From the NCBI GenBank assembly GCA_964430885.1, contig CAYSHM010000002.1, positions 141,009-205,008 of the forward strand: 64,000 nt of DNA, in the 5' to 3' direction. The notes under the pieces were generated by a model. The model worked only from the letters and a program-made list of their open reading frames with translations. It was not told the origin of the DNA and ran no database searches. Source of the stretch: an uncultured archaeon. GTDB taxonomy: Archaea > Thermoplasmatota > Penumbrarchaeia > JASLWR01. Each line of letters starts with the position of its first letter. The stretch's first letter is position 1. Shown here one piece after another: positions 34,253 to 44,458 of the stretch. Both the position numbers and the translations under genes were made by a program.

Positions 34253-37200
34253 TTAATCGAAAAATTCAAATTCGATATCGTCATCAAAACGTTCTCCACA
34301 GCCAGGGCAAACGGATATGTCCTCGCTGATTGGAGTTCCGCACTCTGAACAGATCATTTCGGTCTCCCATAGTTCATCACCGCAGAATGGGCAGAAATTC
34401 TCATCACGATCCACAGATGCACCGCAATTATCGCAAATCCCTTTACCTTCCTTTGTCATCCATATATTTCCGCATTCTGGACATGATCCATCCCCAAGTT
34501 TTACTTCGGCCCCGCAGAACGGGCATTTCTCATCCTTCTCTTCCTTCCCTGTTGTTTTTTTCCCATCACCCTTTGTGCTCAATTTATCAAATTCGTTACC
34601 GCAAGCAGGACATTTCTCGTCAGAAGGTTCAAGTTTCGTATCGCATTTTGGACAGTTCAACTGAAATCCTCCGGAGAATAGATTGGTTCCGCATTGTGAG
34701 CAAATGGAATCTCCATGATCGGCCTCCTCTCCGCAATTGGGACAATAGGTTAAATCGTCCTGGAATAATTCCTCGGTGTCTTCAGGCTCTCTCTGTTTCC
34801 TGAAGGTCATATACATCATGAAGAGAAGGACTATTATACTTATTATCAGTACCAAAGTGGAAGCAAGGTATAGATCCAGCTCAAAATCATCTTTCTCTTC
34901 TGTTTTGATAGGTGATTCTTTCTTCTCTTCTGTTGAAAAGTTTATTATATATTCCCTTCCCAGCATATGTCCTGCCTTGCTTTTCAGGGTGGATTTTATT
35001 GTTACAGAGAAATTATAGCCGTAGAAAAGATTTTCCTCGGGTACTATTATCAAAGTATGGTTGTTGTTGATCAAAAGATAATTAACGTTTAATGCTGGCA
35101 GTAGCACTATGTTTTCCTTTACGTTGGATAGACTTAGTTCCTGGTTGAAAACGATATTGATAGAGGTATCTACCTTTATTGAAGAATCATATTTATCAGG
35201 ATAATGCTCAAGAACCTTCAGTTCTCCCAGTAGTTTTTCGGTCTTGAAGGACCAGGTAATATTGCTACCTATATCATTCCCCCATTTGTCCTCCATTGTT
35301 CCGAGGATAGTAATATGGTACTGCTCCTCATAATCGAGGTCATTGCCAGGATCGAAGGATATGGTGCTGCCCTTAACTTCAAGAATGCCATCTATCAGAT
35401 CGCCATCCTGACCCTTTAGGAGTAATCCGTCATCGCCCACATTGCTTATCTCCTCGCTGAAAACCGCTTCAATATCGGTGTTAACAGGAACATTATTGGA
35501 TTCAGGCAATGGTTCTGCTAAGTTCATTATTATGTAAGGCGGAGTGACATCCATGGGCCCCAATATTCCAAAGGTTCCTTCCCGAGTCACATTGGCCTTA
35601 ATTATATTATTAACGGTATCAACAGATGAGAATGCGTCGGCCCTAACCCAAGTATCTGATTCATAAGTATATAGGTCCAGCCCCTCTTCTGTAAATATCT
35701 TAGATATGTCAAAACTATAATAATTAACACCTATTTCAATATAATCCCAATCTTCCATCTCGATACCCTGAACATCCAAGGTGAAGTAAAGACCTACTTC
35801 CCAGGTACCTTCGGGATTGCTTATCACCCCTGGATCGTTGATCAGGTTCAGATTGAGGACCGGCGGATTTCCTCTATTAACAAAATGAAGGGTGGCGGAT
35901 ACAGCACCGGAGGTCACTGTGATTGTGTCAAAGAATGGAACAGGGACAACTTCCAAAAGCATGGTGTCCCAGCCTGAATTTCCCTGCCGGTCCTTAACGG
36001 TCAATTTTACAATATAGTCTCCGGGAATATCAAATTGATATGAAGGATGAGGCCCATATAGTCTGACGAGATTCTGAGAGTAATTGAAGGACCATGTATA
36101 ATTCGTAATTTCCTGGTTGTCAACAGACCAAGTGCCATCGAATTCATAGTTGGATCCCTGGTAGATCCAATCATTACCTCCTGCGTCTACATTGGGTTCA
36201 GTAATATCGTTAACGACAACGGTCCATTCCTTAGTTTCATTGGTGAAGATCACAGTACTGTTCAAACCGGTGGAGAATCCCATCTTGGATGATATGATAT
36301 CATAGTAATATTGGATATTGTTATCAGAATGTAGGGTTTGCCTAACTACCCGAACAGGATCAGTTTCACCGCTGTGGTCCGTGCTGTATCTATGGCTGGA
36401 ATGGAGGGCCGGAGGAATGAGATCCCGATATCCTTTCAGGTCTATCCTTGTATATGGTATTCTGTATCCCATATCGTCCTTTGAGATGAAGGTGACGTAA
36501 TATTTATCCCAAATAATGCTATCATCTCCCTGAGGGATCTGATATTTATAGGGTATTGTGTTAACAAGAGTAGCATTGGAGTTATTGGTAAGTGAGATAT
36601 CATATCCTACTGAACTCTTTATGATAACATCCTCGAATAGAGAAGCGGATGAATCCATTTCAACACCTGCATGGTTTTCAGTAATAATAAAATCACTTAC
36701 GTGAGCCCATGCACCCTTTTCCAGGGTCAAACCGCATATGGAAGTGTTTGTGATCCGTCCGCCCAAAATGGTGATGTGTGCATTATTCACAACAATGCCT
36801 TTGCCTGGAATATCATAAAGTCTAATGTTCTCTGATTCCAGAGATGTCGATTGGGTCGAATTGAAAACAGTTATTCCGTTCCCTGTGATTCCGTACATTG
36901 TGATGTCCTGAATATTGATGTTCGAATTGGCAACGATAAGGCCGTTCTCGCAGTTCTTGAATCTGGACGATGACAGAACAGTATCGGGATTTATGCTGGA
37001 ATTAAATATCAATCCGCAGTAGTTATCTGTGAACTCGCAATTGCTAATAAGTACATTATCGCTGGCAACGAATAATCCCATTTGATCCAAGAAATCCATA
37101 GGCGAAGAAGCCCTTCGGTTGTTATCCGCTTGAAAACCGCAGTGTGATATTTTCATATGGTTCATCTGGAGGATTCCTCCGCTCTCCACAATGAGATTGT

Positions 37201-39235
37201 ACTGGTGGTTTCCATCTGTTACAGTGGATGTTATGTTGTTCTTCTCAGGATTATTGCCAGCCAATATCATTTGTCCACCGTTCTCGATTACAATTCTCCT
37301 TTTACCGTTCTCAGGGACTTGAAGATTGAGGTCGGTGCCCGAAAGGCTGAGGACTCCTCCCTCGGCAATTGTGATATTACCGTTGATAATCAAATCCTTG
37401 TTGATGATAGGGACATAATCAGTTACAGTCCAATCAGTCAAAATATCCTCTACACCCATTTCAAATTCTTTACTCATAGAGGAATTAACATAGAACTCAT
37501 GCAGATCATACAGCTCACCATATGCTATACCTAATGTATGGGGAGTAATATACAGGATCTCAGAGGAATTTCCTTCTAATATTGTCTGGATGCACTGGAT
37601 ATTGTTTATTTTTCCAGAGGAGCCCAGAGTTGTATTGATAATCTCATTTTCATTTACATCTTTGAGCACGACTTCCGCGCCTATAAGGGGCAGTCCGAAA
37701 GCATTTTCTGCCGAAAGATGAAGGAACCATTTCGTTGTTACCACAGAAGTGCCTGTGGCATCTGGGGCTGATAGACAGGTTGTGTTTATCAGATACATGT
37801 CGCCTGTACTGCACTGGAGAATGTCGATAGATGAGTTCAGAAATTTCGACATATTTTCCAATGAGTTTTCGGATATGGTCAGGTTCAGACTTCCATGGGT
37901 AAGGATGTCCGATCCTGAGCAGTTTTCCACCGTATTGTTGGAGAAATGGATATTGGATGAATCCAGGTCAAATAAGGCTTTTTCCGATGAATTGAACGAG
38001 TTCATTCCGATGTAGGCATCGGAGTTTTCCCAGCTCAAAATAGATGTAGTATTTATTGAGAGTATTTCATTATTCAATATCTCGGTACGCTTGGAATTAT
38101 TTAAGGAGATTCCAACTTGACATTCCTGAATAGTGTTGGAATCTATCGTGTTCCTCAATGAGAGCTGAGTAATATTGAACCCGGTGTAACAATTCATTAT
38201 TTCATTGTTCTTGAAAGTATTATCCAGCGAGATTTCTATGGCAATTCCGAATTTTCCCTTTCCTATGATGGTATTATTATGAATTGTTGAATTTTTCAGA
38301 AGTACATTATCCACGGCAGTGTCGTTCATATCTTCGGTATCATAAGTACCTTGAAAGGAGTTATGTGAAATTTCAATCTCCCGGGCCCACCATGTAAGAA
38401 TGTCTGTGGTTTCACCGATGAATGCATTTCCTGAAACCTGGCAATTGGTAACATTCAGCAATGCCAAGCCATTGGTGCACATGAAGGTACTGTTCATCAC
38501 AGAGGCACCTGATGTATCGAGGATGATCAAACCCGTATGGCAATTCTCGAACAATGTACCGCTCACAGCAGTTTTATTGGATCGAACCAGCATACCTGCA
38601 TTGAAAATGGGGAGAACTGCACTCTGAAAACCGCAGTTCTTAACCACAGAATTATGGATGTCCACCTGTTTGCTCCAGTTGAAGAATGCCTTGAACTGAT
38701 TACTTGTTCCGCTGATTAATTCCGAGGCGTCATCTTCACTTTGAAAATCACTATCCCAATCTGTAATGTTGATCACAGAGTTGGATTTCCCATAGAATAT
38801 GTACTGGCCGTCGAATGAAGTAAATATGACAATTGAAGAGTTGATGGAAGTGAACGAGGCATTTTCACCTAAAATGATATCGCCCCATATATTCAGGGTC
38901 GAATTGATCAGAAAAACCGATGAATTCGGTTTGACATCCAGCCAGCCGGTTATATTGATTGTTGAATTGGTGAGTTTCAGAGAGGAGGCAGTATTTAGAG
39001 TGATATTTCCAGATGCCATTATTTTTGAAGAATCGTAATCCAGATCATCACCGCTAGATATGTTCCAGTGGTCAGTGGAATTATTATAGATGGTCAGTCC
39101 ATCTGCGGTCTGTTCACCTGAATCCTGGGGTCCGCCAGTATCTCCAAGGACAAATTGATCACTTGCAGTAAAAATACTGAAAACCATAAGCAAAGCTACA
39201 ATAGCACTAAACGATCTCTTAACCCAATTTACCAT
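34253..39235 (-). CDS. Giant surface protein: right-handed beta-helix, PKD and SbsA/Big_5 Ig domains, TM and five cytoplasmic zinc ribbons
   Basis: Asn-rich parallel beta-helix repeats, VDAGG...YTWSF PKD, P....NVPVNTDIEAVFSE Ig, TM, and ten CxxC motifs at the C-terminus. SD GGTGA before the ATG at 39235. Confidence 0.88.
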   Translation of the reverse strand: MVNWVKRSFSAIVALLMVFSIFTASDQFVLGDTGGPQDSGEQTADGLTIYNNSTDHWNISSGDDLDYDSSKIMASGNITLNTASSLKLTNSTINITGWLDVKPNSSVFLINSTLNIWGDIILGENASFTSINSSIVIFTSFDGQYIFYGKSNSVINITDWDSDFQSEDDASELISGTSNQFKAFFNWSKQVDIHNSVVKNCGFQSAVLPIFNAGMLVRSNKTAVSGTLFENCHTGLIILDTSGASVMNSTFMCTNGLALLNVTNCQVSGNAFIGETTDILTWWAREIEISHNSFQGTYDTEDMNDTAVDNVLLKNSTIHNNTIIGKGKFGIAIEISLDNTFKNNEIMNCYTGFNITQLSLRNTIDSNTIQECQVGISLNNSKRTEILNNEILSINTTSILSWENSDAYIGMNSFNSSEKALFDLDSSNIHFSNNTVENCSGSDILTHGSLNLTISENSLENMSKFLNSSIDILQCSTGDMYLINTTCLSAPDATGTSVVTTKWFLHLSAENAFGLPLIGAEVVLKDVNENEIINTTLGSSGKINNIQCIQTILEGNSSEILYITPHTLGIAYGELYDLHEFYVNSSMSKEFEMGVEDILTDWTVTDYVPIINKDLIINGNITIAEGGVLSLSGTDLNLQVPENGKRRIVIENGGQMILAGNNPEKNNITSTVTDGNHQYNLIVESGGILQMNHMKISHCGFQADNNRRASSPMDFLDQMGLFVASDNVLISNCEFTDNYCGLIFNSSINPDTVLSSSRFKNCENGLIVANSNINIQDITMYGITGNGITVFNSTQSTSLESENIRLYDIPGKGIVVNNAHITILGGRITNTSICGLTLEKGAWAHVSDFIITENHAGVEMDSSASLFEDVIIKSSVGYDISLTNNSNATLVNTIPYKYQIPQGDDSIIWDKYYVTFISKDDMGYRIPYTRIDLKGYRDLIPPALHSSHRYSTDHSGETDPVRVVRQTLHSDNNIQYYYDIISSKMGFSTGLNSTVIFTNETKEWTVVVNDITEPNVDAGGNDWIYQGSNYEFDGTWSVDNQEITNYTWSFNYSQNLVRLYGPHPSYQFDIPGDYIVKLTVKDRQGNSGWDTMLLEVVPVPFFDTITVTSGAVSATLHFVNRGNPPVLNLNLINDPGVISNPEGTWEVGLYFTLDVQGIEMEDWDYIEIGVNYYSFDISKIFTEEGLDLYTYESDTWVRADAFSSVDTVNNIIKANVTREGTFGILGPMDVTPPYIIMNLAEPLPESNNVPVNTDIEAVFSEEISNVGDDGLLLKGQDGDLIDGILEVKGSTISFDPGNDLDYEEQYHITILGTMEDKWGNDIGSNITWSFKTEKLLGELKVLEHYPDKYDSSIKVDTSINIVFNQELSLSNVKENIVLLPALNVNYLLINNNHTLIIVPEENLFYGYNFSVTIKSTLKSKAGHMLGREYIINFSTEEKKESPIKTEEKDDFELDLYLASTLVLIISIIVLLFMMYMTFRKQREPEDTEELFQDDLTYCPNCGEEADHGDSICSQCGTNLFSGGFQLNCPKCDTKLEPSDEKCPACGNEFDKLSTKGDGKKTTGKEEKDEKCPFCGAEVKLGDGSCPECGNIWMTKEGKGICDNCGASVDRDENFCPFCGDELWETEMICSECGTPISEDISVCPGCGERFDDDIEFEFFD

Positions 39236-39540
39236 ATGTCTCACCACATCCACATTATTCATATTTCATGTGAATTTTTATATTCCTGCACTACGAAAAA
39301 CTTAGTATATTTATTTTGTTCATTTAGATTGATTTACTATGAAAATATCGCTGATATTTGGGATTTCAGCGGTTGGTGTTTTAAAACTATAAATAATTAT
39401 TGCAAGTGGGAACGTAGGTTATATAAGTGAAGTTAACCATTTTACAGTAATATTATTTAGAATTCCCTAACAAATGAAAGGCTTATTGGAATATACATGT
39501 TCAGGATTGCATGTCCAATGGCTGCACAGGAGGCATTGTG

Positions 39541-41598
39541 ATGGACAGGATCAATAAAAAGAGTATATTTTCATTGATGTTGATATTCATTATGATATTC
39601 ACATTTGGTTGGACATTGAAACCTATGAGTGATAAGGAAGTTGGATACAGTGATAGATTTGATGATCAGGCAGCAGGAAGCTTCTTAAGTTCCCTTAGGG
39701 CTGATGATAATACAATGAACAATGCCACCCTTTTGGCCCCGAATTCATCAACCTTAGATGATCTGGACAACATTACTGATTTTGTGGATTGGTATAAGAT
39801 ATCAGTAATGGGCGGCGACCTTTTAAAGATAAATTTATCAGTCCCGGAAACTGGGGACTTTGATCTGGCATTGTTCAATGAGAGTGCAAATTATACTGGA
39901 GCAAGTTCTAATCTGGGTGCCGGATTGTCAGAGGAGATAGTTATTGTCAGCCCAGTTGAGCAAATATATTTTATTCAGGTACTGGCTTTTCAGGGAAACG
40001 GAGAATATGAGCTCAATGTAACATTGGACCCCAATTATCAGTCTGATGGGAACGACTATACCTATACGGCAGTGGAAATATGGCCTCCTTATTCAATTAA
40101 CGGAGCACTCGTAAAGGGAACCGACGATCATGATTATTATAAAATAAATCTTGATCACGGGGATATCATTGATGTGGAGCTTACTTATCCTGATACCCAA
40201 AATTTCGATCTATTCCTGCTGGATGACCAATCCGATATAATCAACACATCTGAGAATTTCACAGGTTTTGAAAAAATCATTTATACCATTGCCGACCAAG
40301 ATCATTATTATATTCTTGTCAGTTCAATTTGGGGATCAGGAAGTTATAGTTTGAATGTGGCTGTAAACCGATCAAACTCCCAGCCGGATATAACCGATAT
40401 TTGGCCGGATGATATGACTCCCAATGTTACCGAGGGAACAAATATTTCTTTCGGGGTTGATGTGTCAGATCCAGATGCCGATGTTATCAGCTATGAGTGG
40501 TCTATCCAGGGCGTATTTGTCGACGTGGCCTCCGGTGAATTGACAATATATACCCAATACAATGGCGATTTTTCTCAAGGGATTTATGAAATTGCCTTGA
40601 ACATAACTGATGGATATTACTATCAGGTGATTGAATGGCTCTTAACGGTTGAGGATCTTAACCCCGAACCAGTAATAATCAGTAAGGATCCAGAAACCCA
40701 ATCTATTGCCGTTTCTGAAGGTTTGGCGGCAACATTTACAATAGATATTTCAGACCCTGATGGAAGCACGCCCCTTATCCAGTGGTTATATGACGATGTC
40801 ACTATAGATAATGAGAGCGGTAGAACCTTTGTCTTCCACCCTGATTATTCCAGTTCTGGTAATCACACAATTAAAGTCAAGGTAATAGACAGTGGCGATA
40901 ATCAGCAGTTTGTGAGCTTCACCTGGAATATCAATGTGAAGAATACTGATCGGCCTCCCATGATAATTGATGCAGGGCCACTCTCTAGTGCACAAAAAAC
41001 TGATGAAGAAACACCCATTTCATTTTATATAAACGCAACAGACCTTGACGGCGATGCCATCACATATAAATGGTTTATCGGCTCCTCGCACCAGGCGGGG
41101 ATAACTGCCTCGGTTTTAAATTTCGTGCCGGATTACAGCAGTGGGTCCCAGGGGCCCTATGTCATCCTAGTTCAGATCATTTCCGGCTCTTCTCTGAGAG
41201 AATACAACTGGACTCTTACCGTGATTGATGTGAATAGAGCACCTTCATTGAATACTACGGGATTTCTCCCAGAAGACCAAGGGGAATTTGTCCAGGGTGA
41301 AAAGGTTGAAATGTCAGCTTCTGCAGAGGATCCTGACGGTGATTCAGTTACCTACCGCTGGGAGATATTGGAGACCGGGGAACTATTATCGGAAAGTCAG
41401 ACCTTTAACCATCAATTCGAAAAACCAGGAGACTACACCGTAAGTTTGACAGTTTATGATGGCAAAGGAGGAAATGTTACCAAGGAGGTCTCAATAAAGA
41501 TAACGAAAAAGGAAGATTCTCCGGGATTTCTTTTCAGTTATTTGATGAGCGCAATTCTTCTGATATTAGTTATAATGCATATTTACAGAAAAAAATAA
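39541..41598 (+). CDS. Surface protein with PPC-like and PKD/Ig domains and PGF-CTERM sorting signal
   Basis: DFVDWYKI / DDHDYYKI and DFDLALF PPC repeats, DPDGD Ig repeats, C-terminus SPGF + TM + RKK. Confidence 0.85.
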   Translation: MDRINKKSIFSLMLIFIMIFTFGWTLKPMSDKEVGYSDRFDDQAAGSFLSSLRADDNTMNNATLLAPNSSTLDDLDNITDFVDWYKISVMGGDLLKINLSVPETGDFDLALFNESANYTGASSNLGAGLSEEIVIVSPVEQIYFIQVLAFQGNGEYELNVTLDPNYQSDGNDYTYTAVEIWPPYSINGALVKGTDDHDYYKINLDHGDIIDVELTYPDTQNFDLFLLDDQSDIINTSENFTGFEKIIYTIADQDHYYILVSSIWGSGSYSLNVAVNRSNSQPDITDIWPDDMTPNVTEGTNISFGVDVSDPDADVISYEWSIQGVFVDVASGELTIYTQYNGDFSQGIYEIALNITDGYYYQVIEWLLTVEDLNPEPVIISKDPETQSIAVSEGLAATFTIDISDPDGSTPLIQWLYDDVTIDNESGRTFVFHPDYSSSGNHTIKVKVIDSGDNQQFVSFTWNINVKNTDRPPMIIDAGPLSSAQKTDEETPISFYINATDLDGDAITYKWFIGSSHQAGITASVLNFVPDYSSGSQGPYVILVQIISGSSLREYNWTLTVIDVNRAPSLNTTGFLPEDQGEFVQGEKVEMSASAEDPDGDSVTYRWEILETGELLSESQTFNHQFEKPGDYTVSLTVYDGKGGNVTKEVSIKITKKEDSPGFLFSYLMSAILLILVIMHIYRKK

Positions 41599-41754
41599 GC
41601 CGTCTATATCCAGCACTTCAGGTTTAACAAATCATATTCATGATAAAAAATCTTTAGGTTATTGAAAAGTGGATAATATTGGATGCTGAATAAGTATTAA
41701 ACGGCTAGGGAAATTCATCTAAGACTCCTGAAATCAAAATGCGGGGACTCTAAT

Positions 41755-42204
41755 ATGCCAGGAAAAAAGAAGAGATTCGGTGTGATAGCAGGTAGCGGGC
41801 GGTTGGGGGCCTTCATGGGGAACAAATTAAGTTCCTACGGTTACGGCATCACAATAGTTGATAAGGACCCAGAAGCTTTTAAGAATCTATCTATGGAATT
41901 CAGCGGCTTTCATATTCTCGGAAATATTGTTGAGTTCAGGATACTGAAAAAATCCAATATAAAAAAAGCTAGTTTCTTTATAGCTACCACTGGAGATGAT
42001 AATACCAATATCATGGTAGCTCAGATAGCTAAAGATATGTTCAAAGTACCTCTGGTCGTTGCCCGTGTTGATGATCCCAAGAAGAAGGAGATCTATTCGG
42101 AGATGGGAATCAAGACAGTAAGTCCAACACAGATATCGGCGGATGTTTTCCTTGAGAAACTGGACCTAAAGAAGGACCGTTCATTATTGAAAGGGTGGTT
42201 ATGA
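41755..42204 (+). CDS. trkA: TrkA-family K+ uptake regulator (single RCK-N domain)
   Basis: IAGSGRLG, VDKD, ATTGDDNTNI, ARVDDP. Confidence 0.88.
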   Translation: MPGKKKRFGVIAGSGRLGAFMGNKLSSYGYGITIVDKDPEAFKNLSMEFSGFHILGNIVEFRILKKSNIKKASFFIATTGDDNTNIMVAQIAKDMFKVPLVVARVDDPKKKEIYSEMGIKTVSPTQISADVFLEKLDLKKDRSLLKGWL

Positions 42205-42268
42205 TGAGTTATTCAAGTGAATTCAAAACTAATTGCCAGGATAATGCCAGGATTTCGGAGGTATTCCC

Positions 42269-42931
42269 ATGAAGGTTTTGATAGTGGGAGGCGGGAAACT
42301 AGTGTATTATTTGTCCCGAACCTTGGTCAACAAGGGTAACAGGGTAACAGTTATAAACAGTAGCCGTGAGGACAGCGATAAACTGGCCCAAATGAGCAAG
42401 GTTGATGTGATATTTGGAGACGGCAGTGAACCAGAGGTTCTTGAGGATGCGGGGGCTTTCTATTGCGATGCTCTCCTGGCCCTGACCCCCTATGACCAGG
42501 TTAATTTCAATGTGTGTCAGATATCCAATGCATATTTCCAGATACCCCGTGTGGTTGCTTTGGTAAATGATCCTGATAACGAGATTGTATTCCGAAAACT
42601 CGGAGTTGCAGAGGCCATATCAACAACTCATATACTCACCGGATTAATAGAGCAGACAACAATATTCGAGGATATCATAACCCATGCTCCGGCAGGAACA
42701 GGTAAGGTAAGTATATCCGAAGTACCCATAAAGAAAACTGCTAAAGTGATAAATCAGAAGGTCAAGGACCTTTCCCTGCCGAAGGATTGTCTTATAGCGG
42801 GTTTATTAAGGAAGGGTAAACCGATCATACCTCGAGGCGACACAAGAATTAAGCGGGCTGACCGGGTAATTGTAGTTTCCCTAACATCCAATCATGACAA
42901 GGCATTGGGAATTCTTAGTGAAGAATTTTGA
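42269..42931 (+). CDS. trkA: TrkA-family K+ uptake regulator (RCK-N + RCK-C)
   Basis: IVGGGKLV, GDGSEPEVLEDAG, IIPRGDT. Confidence 0.92.
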   Translation: MKVLIVGGGKLVYYLSRTLVNKGNRVTVINSSREDSDKLAQMSKVDVIFGDGSEPEVLEDAGAFYCDALLALTPYDQVNFNVCQISNAYFQIPRVVALVNDPDNEIVFRKLGVAEAISTTHILTGLIEQTTIFEDIITHAPAGTGKVSISEVPIKKTAKVINQKVKDLSLPKDCLIAGLLRKGKPIIPRGDTRIKRADRVIVVSLTSNHDKALGILSEEF

Positions 42932-42967
42932 TTATTGTGACCCTAATCGTTGAAGAAGGTAGTTATC

Positions 42968-44458
42968 ATGAGAGGCCGGGAACGATTGAAAGCAAAATAT
43001 TTTTCCATCCTGTCCTTTACCGGTTTCAACATGATCCTCGTGAGTACGCTAATGCTCATCCCCCTTTTGGCTCTCTTCGGATGGAGGTCCGAATGGGAGA
43101 ACAGCATGGGTTTCTTTATTCCAGCCCTTTCATGCGCTGGAATGGGTATGATATTGTGGCGGGTATTTGAATCCAAAGAACGTTCGACCCTTACCGTTGC
43201 TGATGGAGGAATTATAGTTTTCCTAACCTGGGTTCTGGCCTGCGTTTTTTCGGCTTTTCCTTTTATATTAATAGAGGGTATGACCTTTACCCAGGCCATT
43301 TTCGAATCCGTGAGCGGCTGGACCACTACCGGACTGACAATGGTCACCGAAGAGGAAACATCCAACATGGTGCTTCTTTGGAGGAGCACCATCCAACTAG
43401 CAGGAGGCGCAGGTTTTGCTATAATGATGCTGGCGGCAATAACTGGACCTGTGGGGGTCGGTTTCACCCAGGCGGAAGGCAGAGATGAACGATTGGCCCC
43501 GCATGTTAAGGAGAGCGCTAAGTTGGTAATAAAGCTCTACATCACCTATGTGATCATCGGAATATTGGGGTATATTTTTGTGGGCCTTACCCTGTTTGAC
43601 TCTGTAAATCACACATTTACAGCGGTGGCAACGGGAGGATTCTCAACAAAGAATGCCAGCATCGGTCATTGGAATTCGTGGAGAGTGGAAATGGTCACTC
43701 TAGGACTGATGTTCTTGGGTAATTTGAACTTCCTAACTAGCTACTGGTTATTCACTGGTAAATGGCGGTCTTTCTTCAGGAACGGTGAGATAAGGGTACT
43801 AATCATGCTTACCCTTATTGGAACTGGCATCATGTTCTATTGGCTTACCTGGAATCCCGCAACTCCCATGTATGACTCCTGGACTAAAACCTTGAGAGTG
43901 GCATTATTTGAACCTTTTTCAGCGGTCTCCGGAACTGGTTTCTCAACAGTTGATTACGGGGAATGGTCCATTATGAACTCTCATTTAGGCTGGTTTGTGA
44001 TGATAATTTGGATGATTGTGGGAGGCGGGATATGCTCCACAGCTGGTGCACTGAAGCAGTATAGGGTTCATCTTTTTCTTAAATCCATTTGGTGGCAGAT
44101 TAAAAGACCTTTCAGATCTGGCTCAGCTGTTGTCAAGAACTACATTTGGAAAGGTGATCATAAAAAGTACATTTCCGATGATCATCTGAAGAATGTAGCC
44201 AATTATGTATTTCTATATTTCATGGTATTTCTTATCGGCTCCATGATAATCAGTATATACGGCCATTCAATAAAGGACTCTATGTTCGAGTTCGCTTCAG
44301 CCTTGGGAACTGTGGGTCTGTCAGTTGGCATTACCGGTCCCGATGCACCTATACCTCTATTATGGACTGAGATATTGGGTATGTTCCTGGGACGATTGGA
44401 ATTCTTTGTTGTCTTTGTGAGCATAGTGAAGATCTTCAAGGATATCTTCAAGTTTTGA
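42968..44458 (+). CDS. trkH: TrkH-family potassium uptake membrane protein
   Basis: Pore motifs SGWTTTG, ATGGFS, SGTGFS, ALGTVGLS and MFLGRLE. Confidence 0.95.
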   Translation: MRGRERLKAKYFSILSFTGFNMILVSTLMLIPLLALFGWRSEWENSMGFFIPALSCAGMGMILWRVFESKERSTLTVADGGIIVFLTWVLACVFSAFPFILIEGMTFTQAIFESVSGWTTTGLTMVTEEETSNMVLLWRSTIQLAGGAGFAIMMLAAITGPVGVGFTQAEGRDERLAPHVKESAKLVIKLYITYVIIGILGYIFVGLTLFDSVNHTFTAVATGGFSTKNASIGHWNSWRVEMVTLGLMFLGNLNFLTSYWLFTGKWRSFFRNGEIRVLIMLTLIGTGIMFYWLTWNPATPMYDSWTKTLRVALFEPFSAVSGTGFSTVDYGEWSIMNSHLGWFVMIIWMIVGGGICSTAGALKQYRVHLFLKSIWWQIKRPFRSGSAVVKNYIWKGDHKKYISDDHLKNVANYVFLYFMVFLIGSMIISIYGHSIKDSMFEFASALGTVGLSVGITGPDAPIPLLWTEILGMFLGRLEFFVVFVSIVKIFKDIFKF

